Source: Bacteroidota bacterium (GTDB lineage Bacteria; Bacteroidota; Bacteroidia; 2-12-FULL-35-15). Taken from it: DNA of 64,000 bases. Numbering within the stretch: position 1 is the first letter of the stretch; the number at the start of each line of letters is the position of its first letter. Below are positions 43,881-53,045 of this stretch, one piece after another. The notes beneath the pieces were generated by a model that worked only from the letters and a program-made list of their open reading frames with translations, made no database searches and was not told where the DNA came from. The position numbers were made by a program, and so were the translations under genes. The DNA lies in NCBI GenBank assembly GCA_017303895.1, contig JAFLBF010000014.1:3504-67503 (forward strand), in the 5' to 3' direction.

Positions 43881-44948
43881 TTATGGTACCAGATCTACCA
43901 TTACTATTTTTCCTTCTTGTGTGGTTAAGCTTTGCTGCACCCCTCCAATAAACCGGGTGCCTGTGGGTGAAAAACTACCGAGTCCGGCCCATACTGCATG
44001 ACCGGCATCTTGTACATTATGCTTTTCATTAAAGAATGTTAATCGTTTTTTGTCTGTTCCATCAGTATTCATGATCCACCAATCGGTGCCACCGCGCGTG
44101 CTGTTGGTATTGCTCATCCAAACGATCTTGCTGCCATCCGGTTTATAAAAACCATGCTCATTATAATCAGTTTGTGTCAATTGCACAATATTATTTCCTG
44201 TTGTATCCATGGTATAGATCTGTTGATCCCATACCGAAGGTTTGTTCATGCTGCTGCAAAAAATGATCTTGCTGCCATCGGGTGAGAAACCATAACTCTC
44301 ATAAAAATTATTGGCAACAGGTTCGAAGGTTTGGGTGTTACCGATATATGGAATACTATCCGTTGCGCCAAAAGCAAAGTCGGCCATTTTGATGGTCCAA
44401 AAGCCAAATGTTTGTGTTGGAATTAAAATATTAGGTTGTGCCTTTCTATCTGTCCAAATGATCTTGCTGCCATCGGGAGAAAAACGTGGTGCAATAACAC
44501 CATGGTCATAATCATTCGGCAGATCAACGATCTTGTAGGCTTTTGTACCAATGTCATTCATCACCCAAATATCACAATAGGCACCAAAGCCAGGCAATGC
44601 ATCGGTAGATGAACCGGGATGTGTGGCTTCTTCCACCACCATAATGATCCATTTGCCGGATGGATGCCAACCCGGATTGGAGATATGCTTATTAGGTAAT
44701 AAAGGATGATCACAAGTTAAACACACATCATTGCTGCCATCGGGCTGGGCAAAATGAATATCATAATACGTGTCATTTCCTTTGCTGGAATACATGATCC
44801 TGTTGCTTCCCGATTGATCCCAATCCACATCCAATCCCGATTCACGGAAGGTTGTAACAAGTGTAGGAAGTACATCAGGTACAGTATCTTCTTTTTTGCA
44901 TTGAGCAAACAAAGCAAGAACTGCGGAGAGGTAGAGTAATTTTTTCAT
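43881..44948 (-). CDS. PD40/WD40-like beta-propeller lipoprotein (TolB-like repeats).
   Basis: It has the lipobox LFAQC. The SPDGSKI(I/V)W and FSPDGS PD40 motifs are repeated. Confidence 0.65.
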   Translation of the reverse strand: MKKLLYLSAVLALFAQCKKEDTVPDVLPTLVTTFRESGLDVDWDQSGSNRIMYSSKGNDTYYDIHFAQPDGSNDVCLTCDHPLLPNKHISNPGWHPSGKWIIMVVEEATHPGSSTDALPGFGAYCDIWVMNDIGTKAYKIVDLPNDYDHGVIAPRFSPDGSKIIWTDRKAQPNILIPTQTFGFWTIKMADFAFGATDSIPYIGNTQTFEPVANNFYESYGFSPDGSKIIFCSSMNKPSVWDQQIYTMDTTGNNIVQLTQTDYNEHGFYKPDGSKIVWMSNTNSTRGGTDWWIMNTDGTDKKRLTFFNEKHNVQDAGHAVWAGLGSFSPTGTRFIGGVQQSLTTQEGKIVMVDLVP

Positions 44949-44979
44949 GATTATCCGTTTCTATAACGAATATACGGAA

Positions 44980-45195
44980 TTATTTCTTCAAAGGTTTTAA
45001 CAGATCTTCCAAATCATTGAGTTTGATCACATACATGGTTTCCAGCAACACACCCAATTTCCCTTCCGGAAAGCCTTTGCGGTTGAACCACTCCAAATAC
45101 GAAACCGGCAAATTACACAGCACCGTTCCCTGATACCTCCCAAAAGGCATTTTCATTTCTACTAGGGAGAGAAGGAGTTCGGGGTTGAGGTTCAT
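44980..45195 (-). CDS. DUF3820 family protein.
   Basis: It is 71 aa. MPFGRYQGTVLCNLPVSYLEWFNRKGFPEGKLG matches the DUF3820 signature. Confidence 0.6.
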   Translation of the reverse strand: MNLNPELLLSLVEMKMPFGRYQGTVLCNLPVSYLEWFNRKGFPEGKLGVLLETMYVIKLNDLEDLLKPLKK

Positions 45196-45219
45196 GGTGA
45201 AATTTTATTTTATACTTCA

Positions 45220-46389
45220 TTATGTTTTCTTAGCAACCTTTTCTTTTTTCAATAATTTAGCTTTGTGTTCTTCAACTTTTTTCTTTTGTTCTTCTTTTTT
45301 CTTTTTTTGTTCTTCTGCTTTTTTCAATTCTTCCTCTTCTTCTTTTTGTTGTTGGTTAATTAGTTCCTTCAATTCATTATAAGATAAAGATTCAGATTCG
45401 GATTGATTATCATTTGAGTATTTGTTTAGTAAAATCTTTCCAAACTCAATTTTGGCAAGCCTTTTATCTTTAGTCGATTCAATAGCATTGAAAATTTCGA
45501 ATTGATTTTTTCGTGTTTTTAGATTATCAAAAAATAGTTGATAAACTTCCATAAAAGACTTGAATTGTGAGTTTGTTAAGCCATAGAAGAATAAATTTAT
45601 TTCTGATTTGTATTCTTGTATTCCTTTGTCAAGGATTACAGAAACAAACTCTATAGTCGACTTAGTAATATCATTTTCAAATGACGCGCGAATAGCGTCT
45701 GGAATAAATTTTGAAATGTCTTCTCTCAATTCTTCATCTCTTAATGCTTGGCTAAGGAAGTGTTGAGAGAAGACTATTTTATAATAATGTCCATAATTTC
45801 CTTCATGTTTATTGGGAAGATTTAAATATGCTTGTTTGATTTTCTGGAAATCTTCTTGCTGAAGCTCTCTCGATATCAATGTATCACATACATTTGAAAT
45901 ATCTTTTGGTACTTTTACTAGTCTATCAATAATGTGAACGGATTCCTCTCGCTTAATTTTAAGAAATAGATTGTAAATGTCACTTTGTATCAATTTATTT
46001 AATGATTCAACATCATCTTTTATTTTCTGATTTTTTGTAAGTAGTTCCTTGTTCTCCTCACCAATTTTTACTATTTTTCTTTCGATGTATGTAACATAGA
46101 ATCCAAGCAATATTGCCCCAATTCCAAATAATAGCCCAAATATTGTTAAGTTATAAGAAGCAGATTCAAGCTGATTAGATATACTACTGTTTGTTTGTTC
46201 ATACATCTTTTGTTGAAAATCAAGCTTATCATTAATTGTACTAATCTCGTTTTCTATATTTTTGTTGTTGAAATTTTGGAGAAGGTTTTCTACCTTGATT
46301 AGTCTAGATTTCCAAGATGTATCTTGTTTAGATTGAGAAAAAACTGTGGAATAAATAATGAGAAGTGTTACTGTGATGAATTTTTTCAT
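45220..46389 (-). CDS. Hypothetical membrane-anchored coiled-coil protein with a Lys/Glu-rich tail.
   Basis: It has a signal peptide and a mid-protein TM helix (LTIFGLLFGIGAILLGFYVTYI). The C-terminus is KEEEEELKKAEEQKKKKEEQKKKVEEHKAKLLKKEK. Confidence 0.5.
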   Translation of the reverse strand: MKKFITVTLLIIYSTVFSQSKQDTSWKSRLIKVENLLQNFNNKNIENEISTINDKLDFQQKMYEQTNSSISNQLESASYNLTIFGLLFGIGAILLGFYVTYIERKIVKIGEENKELLTKNQKIKDDVESLNKLIQSDIYNLFLKIKREESVHIIDRLVKVPKDISNVCDTLISRELQQEDFQKIKQAYLNLPNKHEGNYGHYYKIVFSQHFLSQALRDEELREDISKFIPDAIRASFENDITKSTIEFVSVILDKGIQEYKSEINLFFYGLTNSQFKSFMEVYQLFFDNLKTRKNQFEIFNAIESTKDKRLAKIEFGKILLNKYSNDNQSESESLSYNELKELINQQQKEEEEELKKAEEQKKKKEEQKKKVEEHKAKLLKKEKVAKKT

Positions 46390-46555
46390 TTTATTTTTTT
46401 ATTCAATTTTGGCATTTAACTTAATTGTAATCTAATACATGTAGTTTGTTTATGATAGAAACTTATCTTACAAATTTTACCAACTAAGGATGCATTTACC
46501 CAAATATAGCAAAATCAACCAAATAAAAAAGGGGAGGGGAGAGGTAAAAAACAAA

Positions 46556-46580
46556 AAAACCTTCCATTTGGAAGGCTTTT
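46556..46580 (-). terminator. Terminator downstream of tRNA-Asp (minus strand).
   Basis: The minus strand reads ccttccaaatggaagg followed by ttttttt. Confidence 0.7.
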
Positions 46581-46581
46581 G

Positions 46582-46655
46582 CGGTCCGGACGGGACTCGA
46601 ACCCGCGACCTCTGCCGTGACAGGGCAGCATTCTAACCAGCTGAACTACCGGACC
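46582..46655 (-). tRNA. tRNA-Asp (anticodon GTC).
   Basis: The reverse complement folds as a 74-nt cloverleaf: GGTCCGG acceptor stem, anticodon arm CTGCC-CTGTCAC-GGCAG, T-loop GGTTCGAGTCC and discriminator G. CCA is not encoded. Confidence 0.9.
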
Positions 46656-46766
46656 TAATTCTGTTAGAATTGGATTGCAAAAGTAGGGTAATTTTTGAAT
46701 TCAGCAAAAAAATAATGAAAAAAATGTGTTACCTAAAATCCGCAAGTCTCATTTTTTGATAAAAAA

Positions 46767-46811
46767 ACGCTCAAAATGCTTGATATTCAAGCTTGTGAGC
46801 GTTTATTTTTT
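46767..46811. terminator. Compound hairpin terminator (bidirectional).
   Basis: The outer stem is acgctca...tgagcgt and the inner stem gcttga-tat-tcaagc. T tracts follow on both strands. It sits after the minus-strand gene ending at 46824. Confidence 0.6.
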
Positions 46812-46823
46812 CGCTAATTATTT

Positions 46824-47006
46824 TTAAATATTTTTTTGAATTTCCATCTGTTCGAATGAATTCAGGATATCCGCCTTCGTTTCGGTAGGCAAATTCGATA
46901 ATATAGCTTCAATTTCTGCCCTTGAAAGGTAGTTTTTGCCTATTTCAAAAAGCTGTTCATCTGGCAATTGGTTTATTAATTCTTCAAATGTAATTTCTAC
47001 TGACAT
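46824..47006 (-). CDS. Small hypothetical protein (60 aa).
   Basis: It is an acidic ORF in the island and is followed by a terminator. No motif was recognised. Confidence 0.35.
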   Translation of the reverse strand: MSVEITFEELINQLPDEQLFEIGKNYLSRAEIEAILSNLPTETKADILNSFEQMEIQKNI

Positions 47007-47036
47007 GGTAATCTGAATTGTTTAATCCCAATGTGC

Positions 47037-47504
47037 TTATAACACACATTTTATTAAATTCATAAATCGAATGGCATCGCCTTTTTTAATTTCAACGTCC
47101 TTTTGGAGATCGCCATCTTTTGAATCTAGTGTAAACCGTTGTGATTGCACCTTGCTTTTCATTAGTTCCATTAAATCCGATTCTTTTATTGGAAATGAGC
47201 CATTGTTTTCTTCTAGAGTAATTATCTTACTATTTTCCAGTAAAAGAAGCATTTTAGAGCCTGATTTTATGGTTCTTCTAACATTAAATGATCCATCACA
47301 AACAAAAATTAACGAATATTCATTGTCTATTTTCTGAATACTTATAAATCCAACGATCTGGTTGGTTTCAAACAATTCTTCTGGTTTTGTCAATTTGGTT
47401 AATTTTCCAGTGAACTTGTCTACATCATTGGTTTTGTACTTACAATTTTGAGAAAAGGTAATAGTTGATAGCAATATCAATATTAAAGCGATTGAATTTT
47501 TCAT
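47037..47504 (-). CDS. Hypothetical secreted protein / lipoprotein.
   Basis: It has a signal peptide (ILILLSTITFSQNC). No motif was recognised. Confidence 0.45.
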   Translation of the reverse strand: MKNSIALILILLSTITFSQNCKYKTNDVDKFTGKLTKLTKPEELFETNQIVGFISIQKIDNEYSLIFVCDGSFNVRRTIKSGSKMLLLLENSKIITLEENNGSFPIKESDLMELMKSKVQSQRFTLDSKDGDLQKDVEIKKGDAIRFMNLIKCVL

Positions 47505-47523
47505 TTATGCTCTTGTTTTATTG

Positions 47524-47922
47524 TTAGTATAATTTCACCGTAGTGCATCCATTTGATGCTATTGTTACAGTTCCAGCCCAAGATAAACTTGTTCCTTGCT
47601 CGTAAGCAGTATAAGCATACGTTCCAGCAGGGGCAGTATATGTTACACAGCCACTTGCCCCACATGATGGAGTTCCTGAATAATTAACCGTTATAGTTCC
47701 CTCTGGCACTCCCTCTACATAAACGTCAACATTACCTAACCCGCTTGTTGTTAGATTCCAAAATGTTGCTTTCCCCTTGTAAGTACAAGTCCCATCATCT
47801 TTTTCTGCTGAAGAAGAGTAATTTGTTGCCGATACATCTGTGCAACCTGTTTCTTTTTTACAACCAATAGTAGCAAATCCTAATAGAATGGAGGCTACAA
47901 GCAATAGTGTTTTTGTTTTCAT
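47524..47922 (-). CDS. Small secreted Cys-rich, Gly/Thr-rich protein.
   Basis: It has a signal peptide plus the lipobox GC. Six Cys residues sit in a 110-aa mature region that is T/G/Y-rich (GTYAYTAYEQGTS). Confidence 0.45.
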   Translation of the reverse strand: MKTKTLLLVASILLGFATIGCKKETGCTDVSATNYSSSAEKDDGTCTYKGKATFWNLTTSGLGNVDVYVEGVPEGTITVNYSGTPSCGASGCVTYTAPAGTYAYTAYEQGTSLSWAGTVTIASNGCTTVKLY

Positions 47923-48038
47923 TTTTAAATTAGTTTAAAAGGTTAGTTTTTATTGACCGTATGGCTAAATTATGAATTATTTCTAAACCCGACAAATATG
48001 TCGTGTTCTTTTTGTTAACTCTTTAGCACTTTTGATAT

Positions 48039-48263
48039 GTGAAAAAGGCATACAAGCAAGAATTAAAGCAATTAGGAAAGAAAATAAAGGCGATTCGGTT
48101 ATCTCAAAAGATGACTCAGGAGGCTCTTGCTGATTTGTGCGAAATTGATGTTAGGACTATTCAGAGGATTGAGAAAGGAGAAAATGGAATAGGTATAAAT
48201 ATTTTGTTTGCAATTAGTGAAGCATTGAAAATTTCTTTGCCTGAATTTTTTAAAAAAGATTAA
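48039..48263 (+). CDS. XRE-family helix-turn-helix transcriptional regulator.
   Basis: MTQEALADLCEIDVRTIQRIEKGE is the canonical HTH_3 motif. It is 74 aa. Confidence 0.8.
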   Translation: MKKAYKQELKQLGKKIKAIRLSQKMTQEALADLCEIDVRTIQRIEKGENGIGINILFAISEALKISLPEFFKKD

Positions 48264-48304
48264 TTGCTTTTATTATAGCATTACCATAGTGCCCAGCAAA
48301 CATG

Positions 48305-49528
48305 TTAAAGAAGGTTCTTGTTATATTCAAGAGAATAGCCCAAAGAATCTGTCCCAGATATCCTTGTTTTGCTAATTATTTGTAATGATTCAGTTGAATG
48401 GATAGCATTGTCTTTGTTAATTTTAATTAGTTTAAAGGCAGAGTTATTTATATATTTCACAAGTAATTTGAATGTGACTTCTCCATCTATGTAATAATAC
48501 CCAGAACTACTGATCTCAATTTTTTCCTTTTTCATTACATTATCTTTTGCGTATGTCAATTCCCATGCCCCATAAAATATAATGGCTAATCTATTTAAGT
48601 TTTCTAATATTTCTTTATTTTGTTTGGATTTTTCTGTTTCAGAATTTACAATTATACCATCTTTTAATTCAATAATTTGACCTTCCAGATATTTCCCCCT
48701 CTTCTTTTGATTTAAATATGAATATTCAATAACTAGCTCTTTTACGGAAAATTTATTCGGATCAAATTTAAAAACCGAATTTTCTATTGCCAAGGGATCA
48801 CCATTACTAAATGCATTTTTAATGATAGACGTTACTTCAATATATTTATTATCAATTCCATAAACTGCATTCTCTATTTTAAAGGCTTTTTTTTCATTCT
48901 CAAAATCATTTAATTCCTTTTCAAGCGTTTTTATTTTTTCACTTTTTTCAAAAAGTTGTTTATCTAGTTGGCTGAATTTAATATTACTATCCTTAATTTC
49001 ATTTTCTTTTTTCTCCAAATCTTTCTTTAATGATGAATTTAGGGCAGCATTTGATTCTAATTTAATCTGCACTTCCTGCAAATCAGCTCTTTTTTGAGTT
49101 ACTTCTTCTTCAATTTTAATGTGTTTTCTTTCAAGCTTTTCATAATCCATTTTTGGAATCCAGTTGCCATCGTCAATTTTTTGAAGTAGTCGAATAGAAC
49201 CTTTATTAATGTATATATATAATCCTTTGCCAAAAGCATTAATCTTATTGAAAAGAATCATCATTATGAATCCCCAGAATAAAGCCCAGACTATTGTAGC
49301 ATAAAATCCTTTGAAACCAAATAGCCACGATAAACATGTAAATGAGTTTAGCTGCAAGTGAACCCAGTCAATTTTTTGTTGTAAACTGTAGTTGTCAGAA
49401 AAATTAAATAATCCAAAAAGGAGGGTTTTATTTGTAATAATCCATACAAAAATTACAGACCCAAAATACGGATTAAGCCTGTTATTAACATAATTACGCA
49501 ATTGATCTTTAACTTCGTCTAACTCCAT
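48305..49528 (-). CDS. Hypothetical membrane protein with a central coiled coil and a C-terminal globular domain.
   Basis: It has two or three N-terminal TM helices and a ~100-aa heptad-rich segment (KIEEEVTQKRADLQEVQIKLESN...). It is divergent from the XRE gene. Confidence 0.45.
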   Translation of the reverse strand: MELDEVKDQLRNYVNNRLNPYFGSVIFVWIITNKTLLFGLFNFSDNYSLQQKIDWVHLQLNSFTCLSWLFGFKGFYATIVWALFWGFIMMILFNKINAFGKGLYIYINKGSIRLLQKIDDGNWIPKMDYEKLERKHIKIEEEVTQKRADLQEVQIKLESNAALNSSLKKDLEKKENEIKDSNIKFSQLDKQLFEKSEKIKTLEKELNDFENEKKAFKIENAVYGIDNKYIEVTSIIKNAFSNGDPLAIENSVFKFDPNKFSVKELVIEYSYLNQKKRGKYLEGQIIELKDGIIVNSETEKSKQNKEILENLNRLAIIFYGAWELTYAKDNVMKKEKIEISSSGYYYIDGEVTFKLLVKYINNSAFKLIKINKDNAIHSTESLQIISKTRISGTDSLGYSLEYNKNLL

Positions 49529-49639
49529 TTTAGAATATGAAATTTATATTAAGCATATAAAATAAAGACAATTTTATCAATTCTTCTAAAAATAGTTTTT
49601 TTTAAGAGAAAACAGATGTTTTTATCGAAATGTATCAGA

Positions 49640-50002
49640 TTAGGCTATGTGATAATGAATGTGAATTGCCAAGTATAGTGTATTTAATGGGTCAAAAACA
49701 CTCTTTACAGGTGGGCTAATTTTTTCTTCTTCATTATAGTATCTATTTATTTCATCAACCAATCTTATCCCCTCTTCATATGAGTTGATTTTAATTTTAG
49801 TGCAATGTGTTGCTAGTTTTTTATAAATGTTATTTTGTGCTTCAAAATACTCATCTGGACTATCCGTAATAACTACTCCCCAGCATTCAGATTTTATGGA
49901 AATTGGTGTATTTGTATTATGACTTCCATCTTTACTCCATCGAATAATAACTCGCCCTTTTCTCTCATTTTCAATTTGATTTATTACATCTATTCCATTC
50001 AT
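49640..50002 (-). CDS. Hypothetical protein (120 aa).
   Basis: It is an ORF in an AT-rich island. No motif was recognised. Confidence 0.35.
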   Translation of the reverse strand: MNGIDVINQIENERKGRVIIRWSKDGSHNTNTPISIKSECWGVVITDSPDEYFEAQNNIYKKLATHCTKIKINSYEEGIRLVDEINRYYNEEEKISPPVKSVFDPLNTLYLAIHIHYHIA

Positions 50003-50171
50003 TTTAGTACTATTTTAGGTTTATTAATTATGATAGTATAATTTTTTTTTAGTTATTTTAGCAAGAAAGATACCAACCTCTTTTCTAAGACTATGTGGCG
50101 CTCTTTATTACATTAAAATGAGAATGTCAGAAATATTTATGACACTCTGACGTTTTGTGTAATATAAAACA

Positions 50172-50387
50172 TCAATCTAATATATGAATCATTACTGAAT
50201 TTTTCGGCAGCTCAAAACTAGGAGTATTTCCGTTTAATGAGCATGGAATTCCATCCTCTCCAGTACAGCCATAAGTATCTTCTGCAAAAAGGTATACAAT
50301 TTCACCTTTAAGAAAATCACGTTTTAACCAACGACATTCTTGCTTGGTAACATCTCGAATTAATTTTAGTTTGATGAGTTGTTTCAT
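50172..50387 (-). CDS. Hypothetical small protein (71 aa). It abuts the transposase stop and may lie within the IS.
   Basis: Its start at 50387 is immediately adjacent to the transposase stop at 50393. It has four Cys residues. Confidence 0.3.
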   Translation of the reverse strand: MKQLIKLKLIRDVTKQECRWLKRDFLKGEIVYLFAEDTYGCTGEDGIPCSLNGNTPSFELPKNSVMIHILD

Positions 50388-50392
50388 TGTTT

Positions 50393-51688
50393 TTAGTTTA
50401 TAGATGGTGGTCTTGCATACAATGGAGAATAATCTCGATCAGAATTGATGCACGCGACCTTTTCATTGTTTTCAAAAGTCCATTCAAGTGAAACGGTTAT
50501 AAAGTTAAATATGAAATTTTTAAGCTTATAATTCGATTTAACAAAATGTAGTTTTTTACTGAAGTGACTTAGTAGGTAATTATAAATAATGTTGCCTATT
50601 GCTCCCATAATCATGAATACCGTATTCTGATTTAAGAAAGAGAAAGGCAGTCGTTTCCAGTTCCAATCATTTAATAGGGTTGTGAAATTTAACTCAATAG
50701 CACCTCGTTGGTTGTAAAATGATATAACCTCTTGGTTAGACATTTTTCTGTTGTTCGTAATAATTGCTCTATAAGTATAGTAGTCGTTTGAATATTTATT
50801 TAGCTTAGTTTGTCTTGAATCCCTTAATTTAGAGACAACAACTCTGTAAGTATTTTCATAGAGATCGTATTCGAACGAATAAGCTTGGCTCGGCATGTCG
50901 CCAATTATAACATTTTCCCAGCCATCTTCACTTTCTAAAGCTTTTCTGAAAATAGCATTGCTGTTTTGTGCGCGAATAAAAAAATCAATTCCCTTTTGAT
51001 TTAAGTACAGTAAAACATTTTTTGAATATGCAGCACTGTCACTTCTAAACCGCTTTATTTTAATTCCTCTCTTTTCAACTATATTAATAGATCTTTCCAG
51101 TGTTTCTAATAGTTGGTAGTTTGCCACAGAATTACCATTTCTGTTTTCAATATAGACAGGTGTTTTCCCTATAAATGCAACTGATGGAAAATAGCCAATA
51201 ACCTCGCTGTACGTTTTTCTGCTGTCATACTTTTCACAAGGGGTTATAACGTTGTCATAATCTAAGGTTGCATTCGAATTTTTATTTAATTGCCCAAGTT
51301 TTAACGCTGTATGAAGCAGTAGCTCGTTTAAAGGTATATTGAGATTTAACTCGTGATCTACTGTTTCTTTGTAATGCTTAGTTACTGGTGTTGCAAAAGA
51401 TTTAAATATGTCAGCAATTCTATCTGGAGAAGGATGTCTATTATTAGGAATTTCCGAAAAATAATGCTTTAGCTGCTTGACATCCTCCAGCCGTTCACTC
51501 CCGCACAATACACTGTATACCCATGATAATATTACATCGCTGTAGCTGTATTTGGCTTGTTTTACTCTTTTTCCTAAGAAATTATCAATTAAACGAGGGA
51601 TTCCTTTTCTCTGCAATTCTTCCATGCAGAAAAGAATACCTCCATAAGGATTGGAAATACGGTTGATATGTCGTATTTTTGTCTTCAC
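50393..51688 (-). CDS. IS1380-family DDE transposase.
   Basis: Family-typical blocks are SVLCGSERLEDVKQL (compare ISEcp1 MLCG...LERLK), FRSDSAAYS (compare FRMDSGYF) and YNQRGAIELNF...LSHF (compare YEKRGNAENYIKE...YNLF). It is 431 aa. Confidence 0.6.
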   Translation of the reverse strand: MKTKIRHINRISNPYGGILFCMEELQRKGIPRLIDNFLGKRVKQAKYSYSDVILSWVYSVLCGSERLEDVKQLKHYFSEIPNNRHPSPDRIADIFKSFATPVTKHYKETVDHELNLNIPLNELLLHTALKLGQLNKNSNATLDYDNVITPCEKYDSRKTYSEVIGYFPSVAFIGKTPVYIENRNGNSVANYQLLETLERSINIVEKRGIKIKRFRSDSAAYSKNVLLYLNQKGIDFFIRAQNSNAIFRKALESEDGWENVIIGDMPSQAYSFEYDLYENTYRVVVSKLRDSRQTKLNKYSNDYYTYRAIITNNRKMSNQEVISFYNQRGAIELNFTTLLNDWNWKRLPFSFLNQNTVFMIMGAIGNIIYNYLLSHFSKKLHFVKSNYKLKNFIFNFITVSLEWTFENNEKVACINSDRDYSPLYARPPSIN

Positions 51689-51904
51689 AATTGCTTAGAG
51701 CATTGGGAATAGCTTTCGGGTTCATGTTTGCGAGACGGAAAACCCTAAAGCTATTTTTCTTTTACATCCTTCTATTTTCGTGCCAAAATATATGTAATTA
51801 ATTGATTTTCAGTTATTTGAATGTCGGTGAGTGTCGAAAAGTCTCCCGAACAAATTGATTTTATTCAGATATAGAAAATGTTCAATTTTTGCTATTTTTT
51901 TATA

Positions 51905-51986
51905 GCTTGATTAATTATTTTTGCAAAAATTCGTATAAAAAAGCTTGAATTAGCTTGAATTAGCTTGAAAATAGCTTGATAAAACT
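51905..51986. repeat. Cluster of agcttga(a/t) iterons.
   Basis: The sequence tagcttgatt ... aagcttgaatt agcttgaatt agcttgaaaat agcttgataaaa gives five copies of agcttga in 80 bp between the IS and the next gene. Confidence 0.6.
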
Positions 51987-52132
51987 TTTATATGTTAGAT
52001 AATATAAATTTAGAAGTGGCTCAACTTGAACAAAAATTAACAATGAGATTAGCCAAAATAGTTATAAAATAAAGCTGTTAATATTTATATTGACATTAAT
52101 GACAATTTATATTTCAAAATCTATTACATTTG

Positions 52133-52534
52133 ATGCGAGCAATTTCCAAAATTAATATGGTAGAGAACGGAACTGAGCAACTTGCCGTTGTGAAAGTAAT
52201 ACAAAGTATGTTAGCTTCACACTACACTGTTGTTTCAAATATAGCCCAAGAACAGCATCATATCGGAGGCTTTTTCCCAGATATTATAGTAATGGATAAA
52301 GATAACGGTAATGCATTATTTGCAATTGAAGTAAGGAAAAATGGGCAAGTAAGCCATTGTATTCAGCAATGGAAATCTGTAACTCCACATTTACCAGCCA
52401 CATTGTATATTGTTGTTCCAGAAGCAGAACTTGAGAATGCACAAGCAATTGCAGCAGTAAACGGTTTAAAAGCTAAATTTGGAACATATAAAATGAAATC
52501 CGATGGGGGAGTAGCTAATGTAAATTTCTTATAA
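52133..52534 (+). CDS. Hypothetical protein, possibly with a PD-(D/E)xK-like fold.
   Basis: FFPDIIVMDKDNGNALFAIEVRKNG resembles a PD...E.(R)K nuclease core. The start may instead be at 52157 (MVENG), because a TACATTTG -7-like box sits at 52125-52132. Confidence 0.35.
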   Translation: MRAISKINMVENGTEQLAVVKVIQSMLASHYTVVSNIAQEQHHIGGFFPDIIVMDKDNGNALFAIEVRKNGQVSHCIQQWKSVTPHLPATLYIVVPEAELENAQAIAAVNGLKAKFGTYKMKSDGGVANVNFL

Positions 52535-52545
52535 GCCACAGATAG

Positions 52546-53016
52546 ATGAATCCCGAAACCCAAAACGTAATACTCGGAGCTGTCCTTGGTGCCCTTTTTG
52601 CAGTAGTTGGTGGAGGAGTAGGTAAAAAAATAGAAATGTGGCTGAATCTTCGACAAGAAAGAAGTTTTATAAAAAAAGGATTGATTGATGAACTTGACGA
52701 AATCATTACTGTAATAGGCAAGCTAAAAGAAACATTTGAACAAACATCTCAAACCCCAAAATCTTATATAATTGATTTAAAGTCAAATATAGAGGCTTAT
52801 AACCACCATAGACATAGACTTTTTGTGCTTCAAGGAGACGATTTAAGGCATAAAATTATTCAATTTTACAGAAAGCTTAAAGATTCACTTGAAGATGCAG
52901 AAGGGAAAGTCGGCACACTTGCAACATCGCCTCAGGCTAAACAGCAACAAAAGGATATTGTCTCCAAAATGGAAAAGTTCGAACAGGACGCAAAAGAATT
53001 AAAGAAGCTCCTTTAG
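52546..53016 (+). CDS. Hypothetical membrane-anchored coiled-coil protein.
   Basis: It has an N-terminal TM helix (VILGAVLGALFAVVGGGVG) and a helical, charged remainder. It lies 12 bp after the preceding gene. Confidence 0.4.
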   Translation: MNPETQNVILGAVLGALFAVVGGGVGKKIEMWLNLRQERSFIKKGLIDELDEIITVIGKLKETFEQTSQTPKSYIIDLKSNIEAYNHHRHRLFVLQGDDLRHKIIQFYRKLKDSLEDAEGKVGTLATSPQAKQQQKDIVSKMEKFEQDAKELKKLL

Positions 53017-53045
53017 TTTTTTATATGATACTATTCATAATTTAA

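Larger units (their letters stand above)
50138..51841 (-). mobile_element. Putative IS1380-family insertion sequence. The boundaries are tentative.
   Basis: The candidate imperfect terminal inverted repeats are atgacactc at about 50138 and gagtgtcga at about 51833, with gaatgtc.g motifs at both ends. The span of about 1.7 kb matches IS1380 family size. Confidence 0.3.
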
